The position numbers and the translations under genes were made by a program. This document shows positions 28,216 through 36,872 of a DNA stretch of 39,052 bases, in pieces. Numbering within the stretch: position 1 is the stretch's first letter; each line of letters begins with the position of its first letter. Under the pieces are notes generated by a model that was not told the origin of the DNA, did no database searches, and worked only from the letters and a program-made list of their open reading frames with translations. Source of the DNA: Chitinophagales bacterium (GTDB lineage: Bacteria > Bacteroidota > Bacteroidia > Chitinophagales > LD1). Location of the stretch: the NCBI GenBank assembly GCA_033578915.1, contig JAVQWQ010000002.1:1-39052 (forward strand), given 5' to 3'.

Positions 28216-29328
28216 TTAAAGATGTCTTAAACATTCTTTCCAATAATTCATAAATGAACCACGGGCTGTTTTCACATCCGGAAACATGTATTCAGGTTCA
28301 TCGCTTTCTCCTTTCCAATGGAGAAATGCAGGATGTTTTCTAAAAAAAATTTTCTCCTCACCTGCCTTAGATTTCAAATCAGCAAATGTGCCCTTAAACA
28401 CCTGTATATCTTTAATATTAGTTTTAGCAAGATTAACAATAAAATCAATTACTTTTTGTGAAACGGGGAACCTTGAAAAATGTTCAGTATCTAAGAGAAG
28501 AATTCTATTCGCATCCATATAGTTGCGCCAGTTCGGATCTAATGTGTAATGATTATATAATAAAATCGGTTTTCCGAAAACTATGTAAACACTATCACTT
28601 AAAGGCAATTCCAAAGGAGGGTTAAAATCACATGTTTCTTTTAATTGTTCTGGAGGAGTTGACCGGCTCATAAGGTTTTCGTAAGTAGTATCAAGAAAAG
28701 TGCCTGTCTGAGTTAGACCAGAGTACTTGTTGATATTTTCCTGATTGCAATAATATTTTTTTGATGAGAATGAGCCGGCCACCCATTGCCAGCTAAGCGT
28801 GTTGCTGGCAAGATCGCCATCCAACAAATGATAATACATCCATTTCGATGGAACAAACCAATGAGCGCCGGCAATGTTACAAGTAATGCTCGCTACATAC
28901 ATGCGAGCGTGATTATGCATATAACCTGAACTATAAAGATTGCTTATCGCTTGGTCAATGACATGGATGCCAGTTCTTGCCTCGAGGACATTTTTGGGAA
29001 TTTTGTAATGGCGAACATTTTGTTGCGGGTGCTTTAAATCGCTAAATATTTTATCTCCGTGTTGCTCCCACACTCTGTAAAAATATTCCCGCCAGGCAAG
29101 TTCAAAAATAAATTTATAAGCTTCAGCAACAGTGTAACGACTCAGAATTTTCTTTAGAACAAAAGGCAATGAAATTAATCCGCGCGATATGTAAGGAGAT
29201 AAGCGGCTTACAGTTCCATTTAAATAGTTTCTGGAAAATGCATATCGTTTTACATCCAGGTTTTCCAGTCGTTCCAAAACTTTTGAATATTCAAGCGGGA
29301 AAAAATCTGCAGTTGTTTCGGTAGCCAC
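28216..29328 (-). CDS. Photolyase/cryptochrome-family FAD-binding protein with atypical (apparently permuted) architecture
   Basis: 370 aa with a GTG start. FAD-domain motifs SRLSPYISRGLIS, ELAWREYF, GYMHNHARMYVAS and DGDLASNTLSWQWVAGS occupy the N-terminal two-thirds. The C-terminal ~130 aa resemble the photolyase alpha/beta domain. Confidence 0.7.
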   Translation of the reverse strand: MATETTADFFPLEYSKVLERLENLDVKRYAFSRNYLNGTVSRLSPYISRGLISLPFVLKKILSRYTVAEAYKFIFELAWREYFYRVWEQHGDKIFSDLKHPQQNVRHYKIPKNVLEARTGIHVIDQAISNLYSSGYMHNHARMYVASITCNIAGAHWFVPSKWMYYHLLDGDLASNTLSWQWVAGSFSSKKYYCNQENINKYSGLTQTGTFLDTTYENLMSRSTPPEQLKETCDFNPPLELPLSDSVYIVFGKPILLYNHYTLDPNWRNYMDANRILLLDTEHFSRFPVSQKVIDFIVNLAKTNIKDIQVFKGTFADLKSKAGEEKIFFRKHPAFLHWKGESDEPEYMFPDVKTARGSFMNYWKECLRHL

Positions 29329-29359
29329 ACATCCTTAACAACCGACCAGAGTGAAAGTT

Positions 29360-30694
29360 TTAATCAAACTTGCGCTTGATAAACCAAATATCATTCAAAA
29401 CAAAGCTGAGGTAAAGCCTGGAGTATGTTTCAGAAATATTATCGGATTGGCCTATTCCGCGTTGGCCTATATCTGCTGCAAGGTTTATTCTTGCAAGGGT
29501 TTTACGAGTTAAAGGTATGCCAATTCCAAGTGTTCCTCCGGCCTCGTTGATGCTATTGCTTTGCGAAAAAGCAATACTCTGTCCGAAATAAGCACCGGCA
29601 CGCAGCATCAGCTTTCCCCACATAGATCGGCTATCGCTGTTGGGCACAAATTGAAAGCCCACACTACCTCTCCAACTGTCATTTAAAGGCGAATCATTGT
29701 AATCATTTTCATAATTACTCCAGTTGGTATATCTAAAATCGGCTCCAACAAGCCAATAAGACTCATTGCCTAGAGTAATCCCTCCCCCTACACAGTATGG
29801 AATAAAAAGAGAAAATTTTTCATCCTTAAGTCGGAGTATTGTATCTACCGGGCGAGGAGCACCAGTATTGTCATAAACAAAACGCTCCCATAGGCCTGTT
29901 ACAGAAGCTTGTGCAGGCTGGATGCCATTTCCATATATTCCGGCAACAAGAATAATATCGCTTCTAAGATTGTTTTCATTGCTTTTCTTTTTCAACACTG
30001 CGGTATATTGAATCCCTGCATTGTATAAAAAACCTCTAATCCTGCTAATGGAACTGTATCGCGTATTAAAGGCATTGAGCGTATCGGGAAAAATCAACAA
30101 ACGCGAGCGGTCTATCTTGCCAAATAGCAAACCGGCATTTACCCCTGCCGAGAATCCTTTGTATTTAAAACCAGTTCCGATATAAGCCTGATATAATGCG
30201 CCTAATCCTCTGTAAATTTTCTGAGATGAGCCTGCTAATGTGTCGTTTACCTTGGTGCGAAAAGTGTAGTTGACATTTGAATAAGGCAACAACCCTGCGC
30301 TTAGCCCCCAACTTCCTTTTTTCAGGGGAACTCCTAAGGCAAGATGACTAAAAGAACCGTTGTGCGAACGATAATTTGAATTCCCTGCCCTGATTTGCAA
30401 TACATCTAAGTTTGCGCCAAATTCCAAAATGGTATGCGTAATTTTAGAGTACGATGCCGGGTTAATAAAATTAATATTTACTCCGCTGGCATAACCTCCT
30501 CCAAGTTCGGCAAAACCACGTGGAGAGGAAAACCCTGTTCCTCTTATATCTCCCAACCCTAAACGAGAATAAGGGGAAGAGGCTTGAGAAAAGATTTTGT
30601 GGTGATAAATAAATAAAGTAGTTGTAATCAAAAAAATTCGCAACAAACGCACCGAGTAAGTTTTAAACAACTGGCTAAAATGAAAAAATTTCAT
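29360..30694 (-). CDS. Outer-membrane beta-barrel protein (FadL/PorV-like class; exact family not recognised)
   Basis: 444 aa with a long hydrophobic signal sequence. A SPYSRLGLGD motif follows the predicted cleavage site. The remainder is Gly/aromatic-rich and alternating throughout. Confidence 0.55.
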   Translation of the reverse strand: MKFFHFSQLFKTYSVRLLRIFLITTTLFIYHHKIFSQASSPYSRLGLGDIRGTGFSSPRGFAELGGGYASGVNINFINPASYSKITHTILEFGANLDVLQIRAGNSNYRSHNGSFSHLALGVPLKKGSWGLSAGLLPYSNVNYTFRTKVNDTLAGSSQKIYRGLGALYQAYIGTGFKYKGFSAGVNAGLLFGKIDRSRLLIFPDTLNAFNTRYSSISRIRGFLYNAGIQYTAVLKKKSNENNLRSDIILVAGIYGNGIQPAQASVTGLWERFVYDNTGAPRPVDTILRLKDEKFSLFIPYCVGGGITLGNESYWLVGADFRYTNWSNYENDYNDSPLNDSWRGSVGFQFVPNSDSRSMWGKLMLRAGAYFGQSIAFSQSNSINEAGGTLGIGIPLTRKTLARINLAADIGQRGIGQSDNISETYSRLYLSFVLNDIWFIKRKFD

Positions 30695-30801
30695 GGTATA
30701 ATTGAAGTCAGCTTGGACTGATCACTTTATTGCATGTACGGTAACAAAAATTAACTGGAAACGGATAAACTATATCTCACATACAAAATCTCAACTAATG
30801 A

Positions 30802-30809
30802 TAAATTTG
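30802..30809 (+). promoter_or_regulatory. Candidate -7 promoter box TAAATTTG
   Basis: Matches TAnnTTTG, 19 nt upstream of the ATG at 30829. Confidence 0.4.
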
Positions 30810-30828
30810 CCGGGTTTTAATTTGTAAT

Positions 30829-32340
30829 ATGAAAAAATTTTTGCTTGCAACTTCTGTTTGTTTCCTAATAATATTTAAAGCTGTCTTAGGCGGTAATGAA
30901 AAAAACAACATTTCTAAATCCAAAATCAGTACAAACATCAAAATCACCGTCAAGGGGCTTGAGAACAGCAACATGATCCTTGCATTTTACAGTGGAGATA
31001 AACAATATGTAAAAGATACGCTCCAATTCGACTCTAAAGGAGTTACTTACATCAAAGCTGATACTCCACTGCCCGGCGGAATTTATTTAGCAGTTTTCCC
31101 AAAACTCGGAAACCGTTATTTCGAAATCATCATGAGTGAAAACAGCTTTCATATGGAAACAGATACCCATGAACTCGCAGCGCACATGAAAGTTTATAAT
31201 TCTTTAGAAAATAAACTTTTTTACGATGATATTCTATATTTAAACCAGGTAAGAAAATTAATTGATTCCCTGAATACTGAGTTAAAAAAGTACGAAAACA
31301 CTCCAAAAGGTGAAGCCATAAAAGAAGAAATCAAAAAGATAGAAAAAGAAGCCAGAAACAAAAGGGAATCTATCATTACAAACTACCCTCAGACCTTTTA
31401 TGCTAAAGTGCTCAAATCCATGAAAGAGCCGGAAGTTCCTGAGACACCCCGCGATGCAACCGGTAAAATAACGGATTCTACCTTTCAATGGTATTGGTAC
31501 AAAACGCACTACTGGGACAATTTTGACCTGAACGATGACCGTATGCTTAGAACTCCCGTTTTTCATAACCGGCTGAAGCAATATTTCACCAAAACGGTTT
31601 ATCAAATTCCTGATTCGCTAAGTGCAGCCGCAGATGGATTACTGAAAAGAGTTAAACCTCAGAGTGACATATTTAAATACATGTTGGTTTATTTTTTGAA
31701 CAGTATGGCCAATTCTAAAATTATGGGCATGGATGCAGTGTATGTGCATCTGGTAAAAAATTATTATGCAAAAGGTTATGCCACATGGGTGGACTCAGCA
31801 CAGTTGGCCAAAATAGTTGAGCGAGGAACCATTCTTGAACCTTTATTGATAGGCAAGAAAGCTCAAAATATTGTTTTAGCCGATACAACACTCAGGAAGT
31901 TTTACAGTCTAAACAGCTTGCCCAACAAATATACTATCGTATGTTTTTGGGATCCGGATTGCGGACACTGCAAAAAAGAGGTTCCTATTTTATTCGAAGC
32001 ATACACCAATTTAAAAAAGAAAGGAATAGATGTTGAGGTGTTCGCGGCAGCCATCATGGGAAAAGAAAAGATGGACGAATGGACAAAATTTATCAGAGAA
32101 AAAGGACTCACATGGATCAATGTAGCTGACCCATACCGACAAAGTAATTTCCGCTATGAATGGGATGTGCAAAGCACGCCTCAAATATATATTCTGGATA
32201 AAAATAAAATAATAAAAGCCAAACGTGTTGGGGCTGAACAGGTTGAAGATTTCATTCTTTATCTTGAAGATCCTAACCACAAACCCAAGAAGCCATTTAT
32301 GGAGGACGAAGATCAAAAAACAGCTGAACCTAAAGATTAG
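30829..32340 (+). CDS. DUF5106-like N-terminal domain + TlpA/thioredoxin-like disulfide reductase (secreted or lipoprotein)
   Basis: 503 aa with a signal peptide. The thioredoxin fold has an active site FWDPDCGHCKKEVP. Acidic/K-rich tail. Confidence 0.75.
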   Translation: MKKFLLATSVCFLIIFKAVLGGNEKNNISKSKISTNIKITVKGLENSNMILAFYSGDKQYVKDTLQFDSKGVTYIKADTPLPGGIYLAVFPKLGNRYFEIIMSENSFHMETDTHELAAHMKVYNSLENKLFYDDILYLNQVRKLIDSLNTELKKYENTPKGEAIKEEIKKIEKEARNKRESIITNYPQTFYAKVLKSMKEPEVPETPRDATGKITDSTFQWYWYKTHYWDNFDLNDDRMLRTPVFHNRLKQYFTKTVYQIPDSLSAAADGLLKRVKPQSDIFKYMLVYFLNSMANSKIMGMDAVYVHLVKNYYAKGYATWVDSAQLAKIVERGTILEPLLIGKKAQNIVLADTTLRKFYSLNSLPNKYTIVCFWDPDCGHCKKEVPILFEAYTNLKKKGIDVEVFAAAIMGKEKMDEWTKFIREKGLTWINVADPYRQSNFRYEWDVQSTPQIYILDKNKIIKAKRVGAEQVEDFILYLEDPNHKPKKPFMEDEDQKTAEPKD

Positions 32341-32410
32341 CTTTAAAGCGTATCAATTTATTATACATAACTCCACATTATGTGTGGATAATTAAATATA
32401 TTCAGAGAGC

Positions 32411-32440
32411 GTTTGGCTTATTTTTATACCAAACATTTTT
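32411..32440 (+). terminator. Hairpin plus T5 immediately 5' of the response-regulator ATG (terminator of the upstream gene, or an attenuator)
   Basis: gtttgg (32411-32416) / ccaaac (32429-32434) with a 12-nt loop, then a ttttt run (32436-40). The ATG is at 32441. Confidence 0.35.
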
Positions 32441-32917
32441 ATGCCGAAAACTCCTAGATACAATATTCTGATTGTTGACGATAATCCTGCTGAAATACGC
32501 CTCATGCAAGAAGCGATTAAAGATGCGGGGCTTGATAAAATGGTGGATATCAGTTACGCCACTGACGGAGAAGAAGCCTGTAGGCTCATTACAAATTTCT
32601 TTGTAAATAACAAAAAGCCCGATGTTATTTTTCTTGATTTAAACATGCCTCGGATGGGAGGTAAAGATGTATTGCATTTCGTAAAAGGACATCCTTCTTT
32701 TGAAAACATACCGGTATTCGTTATAACAAATTCAGACTATAAACGTGACATGATTGATTGTTATAATCTCAGGGCTGATGGATACTTTCAGAAACCAACT
32801 GAGTTTAGGAAATTGGTTGATTTTTTCATTTCCGTTAAACAATCTATTCAGGTAAGAAGCAAAATATCTGTTTTCTGGATTGAAAAAACTTATGCAGAAC
32901 TAAGTGGAACTGCATAG
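32441..32917 (+). CDS. Stand-alone response regulator receiver domain (CheY/Rcp1-like)
   Basis: 158 aa. ILIVDDNPAEI, a phospho-acceptor context VIFLDLNMPRMGG, VFVITNS, and a conserved Lys in YFQKP. No output domain. Confidence 0.88.
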   Translation: MPKTPRYNILIVDDNPAEIRLMQEAIKDAGLDKMVDISYATDGEEACRLITNFFVNNKKPDVIFLDLNMPRMGGKDVLHFVKGHPSFENIPVFVITNSDYKRDMIDCYNLRADGYFQKPTEFRKLVDFFISVKQSIQVRSKISVFWIEKTYAELSGTA

Positions 32918-33939
32918 TTTATTATAATATATTTGCCCGCAAGCTTTCTTTTTTGTTTGTTACATAATGCTTTCAACATCCTGACTTCAAACTCAGTAAG
33001 AAAACGCCATTTCCCTCTGGGAAGATCTTTTTTGGTTAGACCTGCAAAATATACCCTATCCAATTTTACTACTTCATAACCTAATGCCTCAAATAACCGG
33101 CGGACAAAACGATTTTTGCCGGTGTGAATTTCTAATCCAACTTCTGATTTGTCTTTTACATTCGGAAAGGCTATTTCATCCACTACAGCAGGCCCATCTT
33201 CCAAGATAACCTGCCCGTCTGCAATTTTCTGAAAGTCTGCAAGCGATAGTTTCTTATTCAGAAATACATGATATATTTTTTTTATCTCCATTGAGGGATG
33301 AGTAAGCTGCTGAGACATTTCTCCATCGTTGGTAATCAGTAAAACCCCGGTGGTGTTGCGGTCTAACCTGCCAACCGGATAAAGCCTTAATGCTTTTTTA
33401 TAACCAATTTTTTCATGGATTCCTTTAATTAAATCCATCACCGTTTTTCGTCCTTTTTCGTCCTTAACAGTAGTAATGTAATCTTTCGGTTTATTCAATA
33501 GCACATATATTTTAGGTTCAATGCTCAGCAGCTTGCCTTGATATCGTACCTGGTCTCCTGGCATTACCTTATACCCCATTTCGGTTACTACCTGCCCGTT
33601 AACTGTGATTTTACCTGAGCGGATAATTTCATCTGCCTTTCTCCGAGATGCTACTCCTGCATGGGCAAGAAACTTATTTAATCGCATCTCTGTGTGATAT
33701 GATGATTTTTGATTTTGATGTAATGATTTACCGTGAGTTCTACTTTGCCTTGTACGCTCCAATTTTTTTTTCGAATCATCTGATAACTTATTATGATCTT
33801 GGGCTGAAGCATCAGATGATCCCTTTGAGGATGCCGTATTTTTTATGGGAACTTTTTTCTTTTCAGATACTGTTTTCTCCGGCTTACGCTTCATATACAG
33901 GCTAAAGTAACTGTTGATAATTGTTTTATTCAACCCCAT
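32890..33939 (-). CDS. rluB: Pseudouridine synthase, RsuA/RluB family, with a K/S-rich N-terminal extension
   Basis: S4 domain MRLNKFLAHAGVASRRKADEIIRSGKITVNG and catalytic motif YPVGRLDRNTTGVLLITNDG. ATG at 33939; an alternative ATG lies at 33894. The 3' end overlaps the response regulator gene by 28 nt. Confidence 0.88.
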   Translation of the reverse strand: MGLNKTIINSYFSLYMKRKPEKTVSEKKKVPIKNTASSKGSSDASAQDHNKLSDDSKKKLERTRQSRTHGKSLHQNQKSSYHTEMRLNKFLAHAGVASRRKADEIIRSGKITVNGQVVTEMGYKVMPGDQVRYQGKLLSIEPKIYVLLNKPKDYITTVKDEKGRKTVMDLIKGIHEKIGYKKALRLYPVGRLDRNTTGVLLITNDGEMSQQLTHPSMEIKKIYHVFLNKKLSLADFQKIADGQVILEDGPAVVDEIAFPNVKDKSEVGLEIHTGKNRFVRRLFEALGYEVVKLDRVYFAGLTKKDLPRGKWRFLTEFEVRMLKALCNKQKRKLAGKYIIINYAVPLSSA

Positions 33940-33970
33940 CGCAAATATTTACTATTGTTAGAAAAAAATT

Positions 33971-34807
33971 ATGATAATCTGTGCCGATAGCGGCTCTACA
34001 AAGACCCAATGGTTAACCTCCGAAGGCCAATTGATAGAAACGATTGGCTTTAATCCTCAGTTTTTCGATACCGCTTCTGTTATAGCAGTGCTGCAGGCCG
34101 ACAATCGCTTTGCAGAAATCAGCAAAAGAGTGAGTCAGGTTTATTTCTTTGGGGCAGGCTGCAGCAGCCCTGAAAGAAATTCTATCATAGCATCAGCTTT
34201 AGAGCATATTTTTCCTAAAGCAACAATTTATGTAGAGCACGATCTGATGGCAGCAGCGCTTGCAACCTACGATGGAGCAGATTGTATTAGCTGCATACTC
34301 GGTACCGGCTCTAATTCCTGTTTTTTTGATGGTAAAACAATTACTGAAAAAAATCCCGCTTTAGGCTATATTCTTGGCGATGAAGGCAGTGGGAGTTGGA
34401 TTGGAAAAGAATTGCTGAAAATGTTTTTATATGATCTTCTTCCTGAAAAAACAAAATTTCTGCTCGAATCTAAATACCACCTTACCAAAGAAATAATTTT
34501 CAAAAACGTATATGGTGCACCTCATGCCAATGTTTATCTGGCGGGATTTGCTAAAGTACTTTCCGAAAGCCCTGATACCAATTTCGTAAGAGAATTAATC
34601 ATGAGTGGATTTAGGGAGTTTTTCAAATATCATGTCGTTTGTTTTGAAAATTATCGTACAGTACCTGTTCATTTTGTTGGCTCACTGGCGTATCATTTCG
34701 CTGACATTCTTAGAGAAATAGCTTCTGAATTTGAAGCCCGGGTGGGGACTATCGATAAGCAGCCTGTTTATAAATTATTAAATTTCTATTTAAATCAGAA
34801 ACGTTGA
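33971..34807 (+). CDS. BadF/BadG/BcrA/BcrD-type ATPase (N-acetylglucosamine kinase-like)
   Basis: 278 aa. ADSGSTKT phosphate-1 motif, LGTGSNS, and GYILGDEGSGSWIG. Confidence 0.8.
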   Translation: MIICADSGSTKTQWLTSEGQLIETIGFNPQFFDTASVIAVLQADNRFAEISKRVSQVYFFGAGCSSPERNSIIASALEHIFPKATIYVEHDLMAAALATYDGADCISCILGTGSNSCFFDGKTITEKNPALGYILGDEGSGSWIGKELLKMFLYDLLPEKTKFLLESKYHLTKEIIFKNVYGAPHANVYLAGFAKVLSESPDTNFVRELIMSGFREFFKYHVVCFENYRTVPVHFVGSLAYHFADILREIASEFEARVGTIDKQPVYKLLNFYLNQKR

Positions 34808-34849
34808 AATTTCCTTTCTAATTTGCATAAGAGCTTACAAACTTCGGGG

Positions 34850-35296
34850 ATGCAAGCGAAAAGAAAGTACTATATTATTGACGATGATGAATTCATTCCA
34901 GAAGAAAAATTTCATTTAATAGGTATCTCAGGAACAGTTCGTTTCTACAAATTATGTTATCATCTAAATCATTTTTTAGATATTGACCTATCCATGGATG
35001 AACCTATTAATATTTCTATTCCAGGGAAAAAATCCAATGTTTCTTTTCTAAGACTAAGCTATACCAAAATGCCCGGTCAACATCGCTTTGAAGTAATTAT
35101 AAATAAAACTTCATCAGATGTACTCGTCAAGCAATTAAAAAGCTACGATATTCTTTGCAAGCTCCCTTTCGATTTTTCGTCAGATGAAATCAAAAAAATA
35201 TGCAGTAAAATAAAGCAACTAAAAGAAGTGATATTGGTAAATCATGTAAATGTTGAAACCATAAAAGAGATACATAAATTGTGCGTATTACAATAA
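34850..35296 (+). CDS. Small Bacteroidota-type hypothetical protein (possibly the IPExxxVDY family)
   Basis: ATG at 34850 (MQAKRKYYIIDDDEFIPEEKFHLIGIS). The track start at 34823 is a TTG. The family call is from memory of the IPE motif and the position upstream of pyk. Confidence 0.5.
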   Translation: MQAKRKYYIIDDDEFIPEEKFHLIGISGTVRFYKLCYHLNHFLDIDLSMDEPINISIPGKKSNVSFLRLSYTKMPGQHRFEVIINKTSSDVLVKQLKSYDILCKLPFDFSSDEIKKICSKIKQLKEVILVNHVNVETIKEIHKLCVLQ

Positions 35297-35314
35297 AAAT
35301 TTAATTGACGCTGC

Positions 35315-36745
35315 ATGAAAATTAATATAAACAAAACCAAAATTATCGCCACATACGGCCCTGCGTGTGCAGACAAAAATATTATGCTGGAGATGGTTAA
35401 AGCAGGCGTAGATGTGTTCCGATTCAATTTTTCGCACGGCACGCACGAGTCTCACCTGGAGGGATTTAAAAAAGTAAAACAATTAGCCACCGAGTTAGAC
35501 CTGAACATTGGCATACTTGCCGATCTCCAGGGGCCTAAAATCCGTATAGGAAAAGTGCGCGATAATTACGAAGTGCTAGAAACCGGCCAAATAGTTGAAA
35601 TAACAAACAAAGAATGTATCAGCACCTTTAAGAAAATATACATTAATTATGAAGCGCTGCCTCAGGAAGCAAATCCGGGTGAAATATTCCTTATAGATGA
35701 CGGAAAGATTCAGCTAAAGGTGTTGGAGACCAACAGTGTGGATACCATAAAAGCAAAAGTGATTGTTGGCGGAAAAATCAGTAGTAACAAAGGTGTTAAT
35801 CTTCCGGAGACCAAAACGTCCATACCGGCGCTTACTGAAAAAGACAAACGCGATCTTGAATTTGCCATTCAGAATGGAGCTAACTGGATAGCGCTGTCTT
35901 TTGTGCGCTCTCCGCGCGATGTGCGTATGCTGAAAGAAATTATAGGAGAGCGCAACAGTTATCTGAAGGTTATGGCTAAAATAGAAAAACCGGAAGCGCT
36001 CCGTGAACTTGATGAAATCATTAAGGCTGCCGATGGAATTATGATTGCAAGAGGCGATTTGGCCGTTGAAGTTCCACAGGAGAGAATGCCGCTCATTCAA
36101 AAAGATATTATCAAAAGATGCATTAAAATGGCCAAACCGGTAGTTGTGGCCACTCAGATGATGGAGAGCATGATAGAAAATCCCAACCCTACCCGTGCAG
36201 AAATTACTGACGTAGCCAATGCGGTGATTGATGGAGCAGACGCTGTGATGTTGAGCGGAGAAACCAGCACAGGAAAATATCCGGTGCGCGTAATCCAGGT
36301 GATGGAAAAAATACTGCGCAACATTGAAAGCAGTCCCATCATTTACGATAAGGAAATAAAAGCCGATAAAAACTCCCCAACCTTTGTCAGCGATGTGATT
36401 TGTTATAATGCAGCGCGGATGAGCAGCGAGCTGAATGCTAAAGCTATAATCGGAATGACTTTCAGCGGCTATACAGGCTTTATGCTCAGCAGCTACCGCC
36501 CAAGGTCATTGATTTTTATTTTCACTGAAAACAGAGACTTGTTAAATGCTCTAAGCCTTTGCTGGGGCGTAAGGGCCTTTTATTACAATAATTTTATCGG
36601 CACAGATACAACCATCAGAGATGTGATACGCATACTTAAAGAAAAAGAATTAATAAAAACAGGAGACATAATCGTAAATACCGGAAGTATGCCTTTGGCT
36701 GCAAGAGGCCGCACTAATATGGTTAAGGTAACTGTCGTTGACTAA
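35315..36745 (+). CDS. pyk: Pyruvate kinase
   Basis: 476 aa. TKIIATYGPA, FRFNFSHG, MAKIEKPEA, IMIARGDLAVEVP and MLSGETS motifs. Confidence 0.97.
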   Translation: MKININKTKIIATYGPACADKNIMLEMVKAGVDVFRFNFSHGTHESHLEGFKKVKQLATELDLNIGILADLQGPKIRIGKVRDNYEVLETGQIVEITNKECISTFKKIYINYEALPQEANPGEIFLIDDGKIQLKVLETNSVDTIKAKVIVGGKISSNKGVNLPETKTSIPALTEKDKRDLEFAIQNGANWIALSFVRSPRDVRMLKEIIGERNSYLKVMAKIEKPEALRELDEIIKAADGIMIARGDLAVEVPQERMPLIQKDIIKRCIKMAKPVVVATQMMESMIENPNPTRAEITDVANAVIDGADAVMLSGETSTGKYPVRVIQVMEKILRNIESSPIIYDKEIKADKNSPTFVSDVICYNAARMSSELNAKAIIGMTFSGYTGFMLSSYRPRSLIFIFTENRDLLNALSLCWGVRAFYYNNFIGTDTTIRDVIRILKEKELIKTGDIIVNTGSMPLAARGRTNMVKVTVVD

Positions 36746-36823
36746 TTAATCTAGCTTTTTCCCATTAAATTTCCTTTTTGTTAATACCCACTACATGAAC
36801 ATGTGAAAATTTTTTTGCGCTTA

Positions 36824-36854
36824 TTTGGATTTAATCTAAATAAATATAGGTTTG
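36824..36854 (+). promoter_or_regulatory. Bacteroidota sigma-A-type promoter (-33 TTTG / 19 nt / -7 TAGGTTTG)
   Basis: TTTG at 36824-36827, a 19-nt spacer, and TAGGTTTG at 36847-36854. It lies 18 nt upstream of the receptor ATG. Both consensus elements are at canonical spacing. Confidence 0.55.
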
Positions 36855-36872
36855 TGCCTTAAAATTTTAGAT

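Noticed and set aside
35714-36100. 128-aa minus-strand ORF inside pyk (similar cases: 16167-16517 inside dinB, 31282-31605 and 32011-32316 inside the TlpA-like gene, 37013-37198 and 38006-38206 inside the TonB receptor)
   Set aside because: These are antisense shadows of strongly supported genes, with no independent evidence.
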